DNA from: Actinomycetes bacterium
GTDB taxonomy: Bacteria; Actinomycetota; Acidimicrobiia; Acidimicrobiales; Bog-793
Assembly (NCBI GenBank): GCA_021796455.1
Contig: JAKACA010000004.1
Coordinates: 1 to 48,796 of the forward strand
Direction of reading: 5' to 3'
Length of the DNA stretch: 48,796 nt
Part shown: positions 27,240 through 35,845 of the stretch, one piece after another
Position numbering within the stretch: the stretch's first letter is position 1
Layout of the letters: each line of letters begins with the position of its first letter
Position numbers and translations under genes: made by a program
The notes under the pieces: generated by a model
Databases searched by the model: none
Told to the model about the DNA's origin: nothing
The model's input: the letters and a program-made list of their open reading frames with translations, nothing else

Positions 27240-27905
27240 TCAGGCCTGGCCGACGAGACGGTGCTTCTTCACGAGCTCCTTCGCGCGGTTGACAGCGGTA
27301 GAGGCATCGGCCGCGTAGCCGTCCGCGCCGACCGCGTCGGCGTACTCCTGGGTGACCGGAGCACCGCCGACCATGACCATCACCTTGTCTCTGAGGCCCG
27401 CCTTCTCGAGAGCGTTGATGTTCGCCTTGAACATGGGCATCGTCGTCGTCAAGAACGCCGAGAAACCCACGATGTCCGGCTGGTGCTCCTCGACTGCTGC
27501 GACGAACTTCTCCGGCGCTACCTGGACTCCCAAGTCGACCACCTGGAATCCCGCGCCCTCCAGCATGATATTGCAGAGGTTCTTCCCGATGTCGTGGACG
27601 TCGCCCTTGACGGTCCCCATGACAAAGGTGCCGATCGACTCAACGCCGGTCTCGATCAGCAACGGTCTCAAGCGGTCCATCGCGCCGGCCATCGCTCTAC
27701 CAGCGATCAGCATCTCCGGCACGAAGAAGTCCCCGCGCTCGAAGCGCGCACCGACCTCCTCCAGGGAAGGAATGAGCGCGTTGAACAGCAACGCCTCGGG
27801 GCTGAGCCCCATCTCGAGGCCAACGTTGGTGAGCTCGAGCACCGCGGGCGCATTGCCGACGAGCGTCAGGTCGTAGAGCTGGGCCAGTAGCTCTTCTTCG
27901 TTCAT
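27240..27905 (-). CDS. Corrinoid (B12-binding) protein, MttC/MtgC-like
   Basis: Cap domain (FFVPEML) plus GTVKGDVHDIGKN (DxHxxG), SAFLTTT, VGGAPV and GADGY. Confidence 0.93.
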   Translation of the reverse strand: MNEEELLAQLYDLTLVGNAPAVLELTNVGLEMGLSPEALLFNALIPSLEEVGARFERGDFFVPEMLIAGRAMAGAMDRLRPLLIETGVESIGTFVMGTVKGDVHDIGKNLCNIMLEGAGFQVVDLGVQVAPEKFVAAVEEHQPDIVGFSAFLTTTMPMFKANINALEKAGLRDKVMVMVGGAPVTQEYADAVGADGYAADASTAVNRAKELVKKHRLVGQA

Positions 27906-28687
27906 GCGGCTCCCTCTCTTCGTGGTCGGTAACCAAGCAGGTGTGACAGGGCATTGCTCTCACGTACACAGGCGGCCACGGCGTCGCCCAGTCGCTTCGA
28001 ACTTAGACGGGTGACCGGACCCGAGACCGACAGCGCGGCTACGGCCGTGCCGCCATCGCTGTAGACAGGGGACGAGATCGCGACCAGGCCCGGCTCTAGC
28101 TCCTCGTCCGTCACCGCAAACCCGCGGCGGCGAACCTCGTCCAGCTGGGCCGACAGCACCGCTCTGCTCGTGATCGTGTTCGCGGTCAGGCGCTCGAGCC
28201 TCCCGGGCCGAAGCGCGGCAACACCGTGGGCGAGGAGCACTTTTCCTTGGGCACTGCAGTGCAGCGGTACGGCGCGTCCAACCCAGTTGGTGGCTCCGAG
28301 CACATAGGAGCTGTCGACCTGCGCTATCTGCTCTACAAAGCCCGCGCTCGCGACTCCAGGGTTGATGGTCTCGCGCGTCACCTCGCCCAGGCGCTCGAGA
28401 AAAGGTTGCGCGATCTCCACGAGATCCGGCTCACGTCCCTTCTTCCACGCGTAGCGGATGAAGACGGCACCGGGCAGGTAGCCACTGTTCGCCTCGCGCC
28501 TCACAAGGCCGTGGCGCTCGAGGGCGAACAGCAGGCGCGATGTCGTGCTCTTGGCAAGTCCGCTCGCCGCGGCCAGCTCGGAGAAGGTGAGCGCCTCGTT
28601 GGCGTCGACGATGTCGGTCAGCAAACGGGCAGCGCGATCCACTGCCTGCGTGCCTGTAGGGCTGGCGGAGCTGTTGGTGTTGGTCAT
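27902..28687 (-). CDS. IclR family transcriptional regulator, first gene of the corrinoid operon
   Basis: QAVDRAARLL...GLAKSTTSRLL, PLHCSAQGKVLLA and LSVSGP. Its stop overlaps the corrinoid-protein start (ATGA). Confidence 0.92.
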   Translation of the reverse strand: MTNTNSSASPTGTQAVDRAARLLTDIVDANEALTFSELAAASGLAKSTTSRLLFALERHGLVRREANSGYLPGAVFIRYAWKKGREPDLVEIAQPFLERLGEVTRETINPGVASAGFVEQIAQVDSSYVLGATNWVGRAVPLHCSAQGKVLLAHGVAALRPGRLERLTANTITSRAVLSAQLDEVRRRGFAVTDEELEPGLVAISSPVYSDGGTAVAALSVSGPVTRLSSKRLGDAVAACVRESNALSHLLGYRPRREGAA

Positions 28688-28737
28688 CGCATCTGGGAGA
28701 TCTTCTGGCTGGCAGCGGTAGTTCCACGTTCTGGCAG

Positions 28738-28775
28738 TTCCACGCTACGGAATGCTATCCTACTATGTGATAGCA
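28738..28775. promoter_or_regulatory. Candidate IclR operators in the divergent iclR/mttB promoter
   Basis: TTCC-N7-GGAA (28738-28752) directly followed by TGCTATC-N9-GATAGCA (28753-28775). AGTTCCACG occurs twice just upstream and overlapping. Confidence 0.5.
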
Positions 28776-28805
28776 CCTTACCACAGCCGAGACGACGAGG
28801 TAGTC

Positions 28806-30245
28806 ATGTTCGAGAACCGTATGCCCCGTTACGAGATACTTTCCGAAGACGCCATCGCCGTTCTCGACAAGGGGTGGCGGCGCATCGTGTCGGAGATCGG
28901 GGTCCAGTTCGCCAAGCCCGAGGCGGTCGAGCTTTTTGCCGCCGCCGGCCAGAAGATCGACGGCGAGGTGGTATATCTCGACCCCGACTTCGTGCTCGCC
29001 CAGGTGGCGCTCGCTCCTTCGGAGTTCGACGTGCAGGCTCGCAACCCGGCCAACTCGGTCCACATCGGGGGGAACAACATGGTCTTCTCCGGAGTCTACG
29101 GGCCGCCCTTCGTGCGCGAGGGCGACGTCCGGCGGGACGCGACGATGCAGGACTTCCGGCGTTTTTGCATGCTCGCTCAGAGCTTCGCCGAGCTCGACTC
29201 TGCGGGCGGAGTGATCTGCGAGCCGAGCGATGCTCCCCTGGACTCGCGCCACCTCGACATGATCTTCGCCCTTCAGACCCTCACCGACAAGATCTACATG
29301 GGCAACGTCGTATCGGGCCAAAATGCCCTCGACACGATAGCCATGACAGAGATCCTCTTCGGCGGCTCCGAGACGATCAGGCAGGCTCCGGCAACCATCT
29401 CTCTCATCAACTGCAACTCCCCGCTGCGATGGGACGACCGGATGCTCGATGCGCAGTTCGAGTACAACAAGGCGCACCAGCCCGTCGTGCTGACCCCGTT
29501 CCTCCTCATGGGCGCCATGTCCCCCGTGACGATCCCGGCTGCACTCGTACAGCAGCTCGCCGAGGCCCTATCGGGTATCGCCCTCTCACAGCTGATCGCC
29601 CCTGGGTGCCCTGTGATCTTCGGGTCTTTCCTTTCCAACATCGACATGCAGTCCGGCTCACCGACCTTCGGTACGCCGGAGTCTGCCATGGGGCTGCTCT
29701 GCACCGGCCAGCTCGCCCGTCACTTCGGGCTGCCCTTCCGCTCCGGAGGTGGCCTGACCTCTAGCCAGACGGCGGACGCCCAGGCCGGCTATGAGGCACT
29801 CATGACGCTGCTGCCGACATTCCTTGCCGGGACCAACTTCGTCATGCACGCGGCCGGTTGGCTCGAGGGTGGCCTCGTCAGCTGCTACGAGAAGTTCGTC
29901 ATAGACATCGAGCTCTTGAGGATGATGCAGGTGGAGTTCACGCCGCTCGAGATCGACGAGGATGCGCTGGCCTTCGGCGCGCACGAAGAAGTCGGGCACG
30001 GCGGCCACTTCCTCGGTGCCTCGCACACGATGGATCGCTTCCGCGACTGCTTCTACCGGCCGATCCTCTCTTCTTCCAAGAACTTCGAGCGCTGGAAGAG
30101 AGACGGGTCCTTAGATGCCGCCGCCCGCGCCTCGGATATCAGCAAGGAGACGCTCGATGCCTACGAGCCTCCCCCGCTCGACAGCGCCGTGCGCGAAGAG
30201 TTGGAGGACTATGTCACCCGACGGCGACGTGAGCTCGGAGACTGA
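28806..30245 (+). CDS. Trimethylamine methyltransferase superfamily, non-pyrrolysine member (MtgB glycine-betaine methyltransferase-like)
   Basis: NSPLRWD, GAMSPVT..ALVQ, DMQSGSPTFGTPE, PFRSGGGLTSSQTADAQAGYE (Leu at the Pyl position, no in-frame TAG), MHAAGWLEGG..SCYEKF and GGHFLG. ATG 28806 with GAGG. Confidence 0.92.
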   Translation: MFENRMPRYEILSEDAIAVLDKGWRRIVSEIGVQFAKPEAVELFAAAGQKIDGEVVYLDPDFVLAQVALAPSEFDVQARNPANSVHIGGNNMVFSGVYGPPFVREGDVRRDATMQDFRRFCMLAQSFAELDSAGGVICEPSDAPLDSRHLDMIFALQTLTDKIYMGNVVSGQNALDTIAMTEILFGGSETIRQAPATISLINCNSPLRWDDRMLDAQFEYNKAHQPVVLTPFLLMGAMSPVTIPAALVQQLAEALSGIALSQLIAPGCPVIFGSFLSNIDMQSGSPTFGTPESAMGLLCTGQLARHFGLPFRSGGGLTSSQTADAQAGYEALMTLLPTFLAGTNFVMHAAGWLEGGLVSCYEKFVIDIELLRMMQVEFTPLEIDEDALAFGAHEEVGHGGHFLGASHTMDRFRDCFYRPILSSSKNFERWKRDGSLDAAARASDISKETLDAYEPPPLDSAVREELEDYVTRRRRELGD

Positions 30246-30332
30246 GCCCGCCTTGTAAGCGGGGCCCTGCCGCCTTGGCGAGCGTCCTCGTCGAGGCCGC
30301 GTCCTCCTCGTGCACCCATTACCTTTCCTCAA

Positions 30333-30854
30333 GTGCCTCGCGACTCTCTCATCCTTATAAATACGGGCGACGGCAAGGGGAAGTCGTCGGCAGCCTTCGG
30401 CGTCATGGGCAGGGGGTGGGCCAGAGGTTGGACGGTGGCTGTCGTACAATTCGTGAAGAGCGGCAAGTGGAAGACCGGCGAACGCAAGCTCGCGGATCAT
30501 CTGGGCATCGAGTGGCATACTCTCGGAGACGGCTTCACCTGGGAGTCGACGGACCTTGACGAGACGGCGGCCAAGGGTCGGCACGCCTGGGACGTCACAG
30601 CCGCCAAGCTCGCGAGCGGCCAATACGACCTTCTCATATTGGACGAGATCACCTACGCGATGAAATACGGCTGGGTCCCCGTGGAAGAAGTCGTCTCCGC
30701 GCTCGTCGCTCGCAACCCTCGCACCAACGTCGTGCTCACCGGACGCGACGCGCCGCAGGAGATAATCGAGATCGCCGACACGGTGACCGAGATGCGCAAG
30801 CTCAAGCATGCTTACGACAGGGGCATCGTCGCGCGCAAGGGAATCGAGTACTGA
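30333..30854 (+). CDS. cobO: Cob(I)yrinic acid a,c-diamide adenosyltransferase (CobA/CobO/BtuR)
   Basis: NTGDGKGKSSAAFG, QFVKSG, GDGFTW, LILDEI, VVLTGR, ADTVTEM and KHAYDRG..ARKGIEY. Confidence 0.92.
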   Translation: MPRDSLILINTGDGKGKSSAAFGVMGRGWARGWTVAVVQFVKSGKWKTGERKLADHLGIEWHTLGDGFTWESTDLDETAAKGRHAWDVTAAKLASGQYDLLILDEITYAMKYGWVPVEEVVSALVARNPRTNVVLTGRDAPQEIIEIADTVTEMRKLKHAYDRGIVARKGIEY

Positions 30855-30958
30855 CGCGAGGCGTCGCCACGTCGGTTGGCAGCCCGCTTCGCCTCGACGT
30901 GCGGGCGCGACTTGGGCAGGTCGCCGAGCGACGATAATGAAAACATGCAGGAGTACTC

Positions 30959-31645
30959 ATGAGCAGCAACGGCGAGACCCATGTAGGTCGGCGCGCCGTG
31001 CTCGGGATGGCTGCTCTCGGTGCGGCGGGCATCGCCTTTGGAGCAAGTATCGACAATGCGGTGGGTGGCACCCTTACCCGGCTCAGCAACGACCTCGGAG
31101 CTCTCGGCGCCCTCGTGCCTGGCGCCGACGAGTTTCGTATCTACACCGTCACCGGCTCGATCCCGGTCATATCGCCGGCCTCTTACAGGCTCCGCGTCGG
31201 CGGCATGGTCAAGAGTCCGCTCGAGCTGTCGCTTGACGACCTGAGGGCGATGAAACGCACGAGGCTGGTCCACTACTTCCAGTGCGTGACAGGTTGGCGC
31301 GTGCCTTCAGTCCACTGGGAGGGCGTCCAGCTCTCAGAGATCCTCAGCCACGCGGGCGCGACCGAGTCGGCAACCGCTTTGCGCTTCTTGTCCGGAGACG
31401 GCGTGTACACCGAGTCGCTGACCATGAGCCAGGCACAGCTCCCTGACGTTCTCGTAGCGGACCGGATGATAGGCGACGACGTCACGCCAGACCACGGGGG
31501 TCCGGTCCGCCTCTACGTAGCCCCGATGTACGGCTACAAATCGATCAAGTGGCTCGACCGCATCGAAGTCAGCGACACGGTAGTCCCTGGGTATTGGGAG
31601 AACTTCGGCTACCCCGTGAACGGCTGGATCGGCGGCGTCGCTTGA
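30959..31645 (+). CDS. Molybdopterin-dependent oxidoreductase (short sulfite-oxidase family, MsrP/YuiH-like), Tat signal
   Basis: GRRAVLG, FQCVTGW (Mo-ligand Cys), WEGVQL, HGGPVRL..P.YGYKSIKW and GYWENFGY. Confidence 0.88.
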   Translation: MSSNGETHVGRRAVLGMAALGAAGIAFGASIDNAVGGTLTRLSNDLGALGALVPGADEFRIYTVTGSIPVISPASYRLRVGGMVKSPLELSLDDLRAMKRTRLVHYFQCVTGWRVPSVHWEGVQLSEILSHAGATESATALRFLSGDGVYTESLTMSQAQLPDVLVADRMIGDDVTPDHGGPVRLYVAPMYGYKSIKWLDRIEVSDTVVPGYWENFGYPVNGWIGGVA

Positions 31646-32307
31646 GCCTGAGAATCCGCCAGGATGAGGTAGCCCGGGGAGCGACCCGGGGCCACAATAT
31701 CTGGCTGGACCGCTTCGACGTGGTCGAACGAGTTGTCCACTGGACAACGGCAATATTGATGCTGGTGCTTCTGGCAACAGGTGCGATCCTCTACATCCCG
31801 TCGTTGTCGATAGCAGTAGGCCACCGCGCCGCCGTAGCGGGCATCCACGTGTTCGGCGGCATTGCCCTGCTCCTGCCACTCGCGCTCGGTGTGGCGGGGC
31901 CCTGGAGGCAAAGGCTGCTGCGAGATCTGCGACGATTGGACTGCTGGTCGGCGGCAGACTGGGAGTGGTTTCGCCGCCCCGGCCGGCGCCTCGGGCTGGC
32001 ACGGGGCAAGTTCAACGGAGGACAGAAGGCCGAAGCCGCATTCGTTGCCGGCGGCATGGTGGTCATGCTCGCCTCGGGGGTCATCATGGGCTATGCCCCA
32101 GCGCGCTGGATCTACTGGCAACAAGGAGCAACGCTCGTGCACGACTGCGGCTTTGTCGCGCTCGGCATTGGCATCGCTGTTCACATCTACTACGGCCTCA
32201 CGCGTCCCGAGCAGCTGCGCTCGATGCTGACAGGTCGCATCCCAAGATCCTGGGCGGCGAAGAACGCGCCGGTCTGGGCGGAGGAGGCCGAAAGCGGCCA
32301 GCCCTAA
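31642..32307 (+). CDS. Cytochrome b (FdnI/b561-like) membrane subunit
   Basis: RFDVVERVVHW, GIHVFGG, GKFNGGQK, LVHD, VHIY and SMLTG..W. TTG start overlaps the upstream stop. Confidence 0.85.
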   Translation: MSLRIRQDEVARGATRGHNIWLDRFDVVERVVHWTTAILMLVLLATGAILYIPSLSIAVGHRAAVAGIHVFGGIALLLPLALGVAGPWRQRLLRDLRRLDCWSAADWEWFRRPGRRLGLARGKFNGGQKAEAAFVAGGMVVMLASGVIMGYAPARWIYWQQGATLVHDCGFVALGIGIAVHIYYGLTRPEQLRSMLTGRIPRSWAAKNAPVWAEEAESGQP

Positions 32308-33503
32308 GCCAGGCCGAGCTCGGCCTCCACCGCGCTCGTGTGCTCGCCGAGACGGGGAGGGGCAATGCGGTACGAGACGGGTGTCCGGGAGAAACCCATC
32401 GGGTTGCGCACCTGCGACTGCGGAGATGGATCGGCCGCAGCCGCCGGTCGAGCCACGCTGTCGCGTTCCAGGTGCACGACCGGTCCGAGGCCGAGATGCT
32501 CAGCCAGATCGAAGGCCTGCGCGATGTCGTTGACGACGCCACAGGGGATCCCGGCAGCTTGAATCCGAGATACCCAGTCGGCCGCCGGCCGTAGCACGAG
32601 CTCGGCCTCGAGGACCTCGACGAGAGCCTCGCGGTTGGCGACCCGGTCAGCGTTGGATCTGAAACGGTCGTCGCTGGCAAGTGCGGAAAGGCCCACCGCT
32701 TTGGCGAAAGCCACGAACTGAGCGTCGTTCGCGACTGCGACGAGAACTGGGCCGTCCTTGGCCCGCAGTGTCTCGTATGGAGCGATGCTGGGGTGACGGT
32801 TGCCCATGGCACGAGGAACCGTGCCGGTGGTTATATAAGTCGAGGCTTGATTGATGAGAGCCGACAGGACCGACGAGAGCAGGTTCACCTCTACGCGCTG
32901 TCCGAGCCCGGATCGCTCTCGCTCGAAGATGGCCGCGAGGATCGCGTTCGCGGCGAACTGCGCTGTGAGCACGTCGACCACGGCAACCCCGACCTTGCGC
33001 GGTTCGCTTCCCGGATCACCGGTGATCGACATGAGACCGCCGACTCCTTGGACGAGGAAGTCGTATCCCGGGAGCGCGGCACCCTCACCCGAAGTGCCGA
33101 ATCCGGACACCGAGCAGTAGATCACCCTCGGGTTGACCGCGGCGATGTCCTCATAGCCGAGGCCGAGTCGTGCCGCCGTCCCCGGCCGGAAGTTCTCGAC
33201 AACGACGTCGGCGCGCTGGGCGAGCGCCACTGCCTTGCCTTTGCCGTCATCGCTTGCGAGATCCCAGGCGACGCTACGCTTGTTGCGATTTATCGCCAGG
33301 TAGTAGGAGCTTTCCCCACCGGTGAACGGCGGCCCGAAGCCCCGCGTGTCGTCACCTTGGCCCGGCCGCTCCACCTTGATGACGTCGGCTCCAAGGTCGC
33401 CCAGCAGCATCGTGGCAAAAGGGCCGGCCACCACCCGCGAGAAGTCGGCGACGACGATCCCCTCGAGCGGGCCACGTGCCTCGCCGGCGCGTCGCTCGAT
33501 CAC
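32304..33503 (-). CDS. Class III CoA transferase (CaiB/BaiF family)
   Basis: PLEGIVVADFSRVVAGPF, DLGADVIKVE, NRNKRS, VENFRPG, PGYDFLVQ and PPRLGEHT. GTG 33503 overlaps the upstream stop. Confidence 0.92.
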   Translation of the reverse strand: MIERRAGEARGPLEGIVVADFSRVVAGPFATMLLGDLGADVIKVERPGQGDDTRGFGPPFTGGESSYYLAINRNKRSVAWDLASDDGKGKAVALAQRADVVVENFRPGTAARLGLGYEDIAAVNPRVIYCSVSGFGTSGEGAALPGYDFLVQGVGGLMSITGDPGSEPRKVGVAVVDVLTAQFAANAILAAIFERERSGLGQRVEVNLLSSVLSALINQASTYITTGTVPRAMGNRHPSIAPYETLRAKDGPVLVAVANDAQFVAFAKAVGLSALASDDRFRSNADRVANREALVEVLEAELVLRPAADWVSRIQAAGIPCGVVNDIAQAFDLAEHLGLGPVVHLERDSVARPAAAADPSPQSQVRNPMGFSRTPVSYRIAPPRLGEHTSAVEAELGLA

Positions 33504-35695
33504 TGGTCGTCGAAGGCGAGCTGGTGGGCGAGCATGCCCGCTACCGTACCCGGCCCCCCGCCGTCGTCGCCCACGATGCGGGCGCCGGCCTCCGCCATCG
33601 CGCGCAGGGCCCGCTCGGCGCTCTCGTGTCGCACTCCCGCAGTAAGCCCCACAAGCACGTCCACTTCGAAGCCGAGCTGACGTGCGTCGAGCACCGTGGC
33701 CCGCACGCAGTAGTCCGTGGCTATCCCGCAGATCTCCAGCCGGTCGATACCGTTGTCGAGGAGCCACGTTGCAAGGCTGGCTCCGGACGGTTCTCGCCCC
33801 TCGAAGGCAGAAAAGGCAGCCGCGTCGAGGCCCTTGTCGAACACTGCGCCCCACTCGACGTCCGCGAGGGTCGGGTGGATCTCGGCCCCCTGGCTCCCGG
33901 CGACACAGTGAACAGGCCATGAGGTCTCGAAGTCCGGCAGGGCCCCGCTCGCGGCGAAATGGGCACCGGGGTTGACATGGCGGTCACGTGAAGCGATCAC
34001 GGCGCGGTATCGTCCCCGGTTCTTCGAGATGAGCTCGCGCACGCGCCTTGCTACGAGGCTGCCACCGGCAACAGCCAGCGTGCCCCCCTCGCAGAAGTCA
34101 TTCTGAACGTCGACCACGAGCAGGGCGGTTGCGGGCCGGGGGGAGCCACCCGGGGCGGAGCGGGGCAGTCGACCGGCCCCGGGGAATATCTCGCTCACAG
34201 TGGCGATCGGTCGCTCGCCCTCGCGAGGCTCCCGATCGTCTCCGGCACCTCGGCCGTAGCGCGTCGGGATGACAGGAGGGCCAGGGTGCAGGTCGAAGGC
34301 TTCGGCCCCGAGCTCACGCAACGCCCAGCGGTGATGCTCGCGAGCGTCGCCCATGCTCGGAGGCTCACCGACAAGGACTCCCTCGGAGATCCAGCGTCGC
34401 TGGAGCTCACGGGCTTCCCACCCTTCGGGGAGCTCATCGGCATCCGCCGGCAGCCTCCGTAGCCTGCCCTTGCCGGCGATGCTCGAGCTACCCGCCCCGG
34501 CCTCGACCTCCCAGCTGCTCGACGCGGTGCCGTCGGCTCCAGCCACGTCGGTGCCATCGGCGACCGGCTTCACGAACTCGATGCGAGCACGTCCCTCCTC
34601 GTCGATCCAGCGCGAGGCGCGCTTGCGCGCGCCGAGGGTGTGCTTGGCCGGGGAGCGCTTCTCGACCGGGATGAGCTTGGCGAGCCGTCCGTTCTCCGAG
34701 GCGACGGCAACGAGCTTGTAGACAAAGCCCGCCGACGGCGCGCCGGAGCCGTTCACAAGCCTTGTACCCACGCCGTAGCCGTCTATCGGAGCCGACGCGA
34801 GGGCTGCGATCGCATACTCATCCAAGTCGGACGTGACGATGATTCCCGTGGATGTCGCTCCAAGCTCGTCCAGCAGCGTCCGCGCGCGCACTGCTTGGTC
34901 GAGAAGATCGCCGGAGTCAAGCCGGATCGCACCAGGTCCGTCGGCTCCCCGTTCGCGGCACAGCTCGACGGCTCGCGCAATCGCCTTCGCGACATCGTAG
35001 GTATCGACGAGAAGAGTCGTGCTCGTGCCCATGGTGTCGAGCTGGGCGGCGAAAGCCGCGCCCTCGTCGGGGTGTGCCAGCACGAAAGCGTGTGCCGCGG
35101 TGCCAGCAGTCGGTACACCATAGAGTCGTCCCGCCGCAAGGTTGGAGGTGGAAGCGCACCCAGCTATATAAGCGGCTCGAGCCGCTGCCACTGCCGCGTA
35201 CTCGTGAGTTCGGCGCGCTCCCATCTCGATCACCGGCCTGCCTTCGGCAGCTCCGACGATGCGCGAAGCCGCTGCGGCCACCGCAGAGTCAAAGTTGAGA
35301 ATCGAGAGAACCACCGTCTCGAGCAACACGGCCTCGCCGAAGCTCGACTCGACGGTGAGCACGGGGCTACCAGGAAAGTAGCACTCGCCTTCGGCATACG
35401 CGTCCAAGTTGCCCGAGAACCGGAACGACCTCAACCACTCCCCGGTCTCCTCCGAGACTATGCCGTCACCTACCAGCCAGGCAACTTCGTCGCCACCGAA
35501 TCGGAAGCGCTCGAGGGCGTCAATGACGCGCCCCACGCCGGCGAGGACGCCATAACGGCGCCCAGGCGGAAGCGATCTCGCGAACACCTCGAAGACCGCG
35601 CGCCGGCCTGCGACTCCTGACTCGATGGCAGCATCGAGCATCGTGAGCTCGTAGCGGTCCGTCAGCAGCGCCGTCGAGGGCGTCGTGTCAATCAC
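33500..35695 (-). CDS. pncB: Nicotinate phosphoribosyltransferase (PncB) fused in frame to nicotinamidase (PncA)
   Basis: N-terminal LLTDRYELTM, EMGARRTH, GTAAHAF, LVDTYD, IRLDSGD, DGYGVGT and FVYKLV. C-terminal LLVVDVQNDFCEGG, RDRH, WPVHCV, FDKG and GIATDYCVRAT. Confidence 0.9.
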   Translation of the reverse strand: MIDTTPSTALLTDRYELTMLDAAIESGVAGRRAVFEVFARSLPPGRRYGVLAGVGRVIDALERFRFGGDEVAWLVGDGIVSEETGEWLRSFRFSGNLDAYAEGECYFPGSPVLTVESSFGEAVLLETVVLSILNFDSAVAAAASRIVGAAEGRPVIEMGARRTHEYAAVAAARAAYIAGCASTSNLAAGRLYGVPTAGTAAHAFVLAHPDEGAAFAAQLDTMGTSTTLLVDTYDVAKAIARAVELCRERGADGPGAIRLDSGDLLDQAVRARTLLDELGATSTGIIVTSDLDEYAIAALASAPIDGYGVGTRLVNGSGAPSAGFVYKLVAVASENGRLAKLIPVEKRSPAKHTLGARKRASRWIDEEGRARIEFVKPVADGTDVAGADGTASSSWEVEAGAGSSSIAGKGRLRRLPADADELPEGWEARELQRRWISEGVLVGEPPSMGDAREHHRWALRELGAEAFDLHPGPPVIPTRYGRGAGDDREPREGERPIATVSEIFPGAGRLPRSAPGGSPRPATALLVVDVQNDFCEGGTLAVAGGSLVARRVRELISKNRGRYRAVIASRDRHVNPGAHFAASGALPDFETSWPVHCVAGSQGAEIHPTLADVEWGAVFDKGLDAAAFSAFEGREPSGASLATWLLDNGIDRLEICGIATDYCVRATVLDARQLGFEVDVLVGLTAGVRHESAERALRAMAEAGARIVGDDGGGPGTVAGMLAHQLAFDDQ

Positions 35696-35845
35696 CTAGT
35701 TCACGCTAGGGCGGCCCGGCAAGCGCTGTGCATGGCCTTCGATATCCGAGGGGGCAGAGGTGCGCGAGATAAACGAGTCTCGCGCACCACGCCGCGGGCG
35801 AGACTGTCACACCCCACGGTGACTTGCCACTTCCTACCAGCTGGC

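Noticed and set aside
28806-30245. Pyrrolysine-type trimethylamine methyltransferase
   Set aside because: No in-frame TAG; Leu occupies the Pyl position (GGGLTSSQ); no pyl genes in the window.
30247-30263. Hairpin after mttB as a terminator
   Set aside because: Short stem with no U-tract; indistinguishable from chance in GC-rich DNA.
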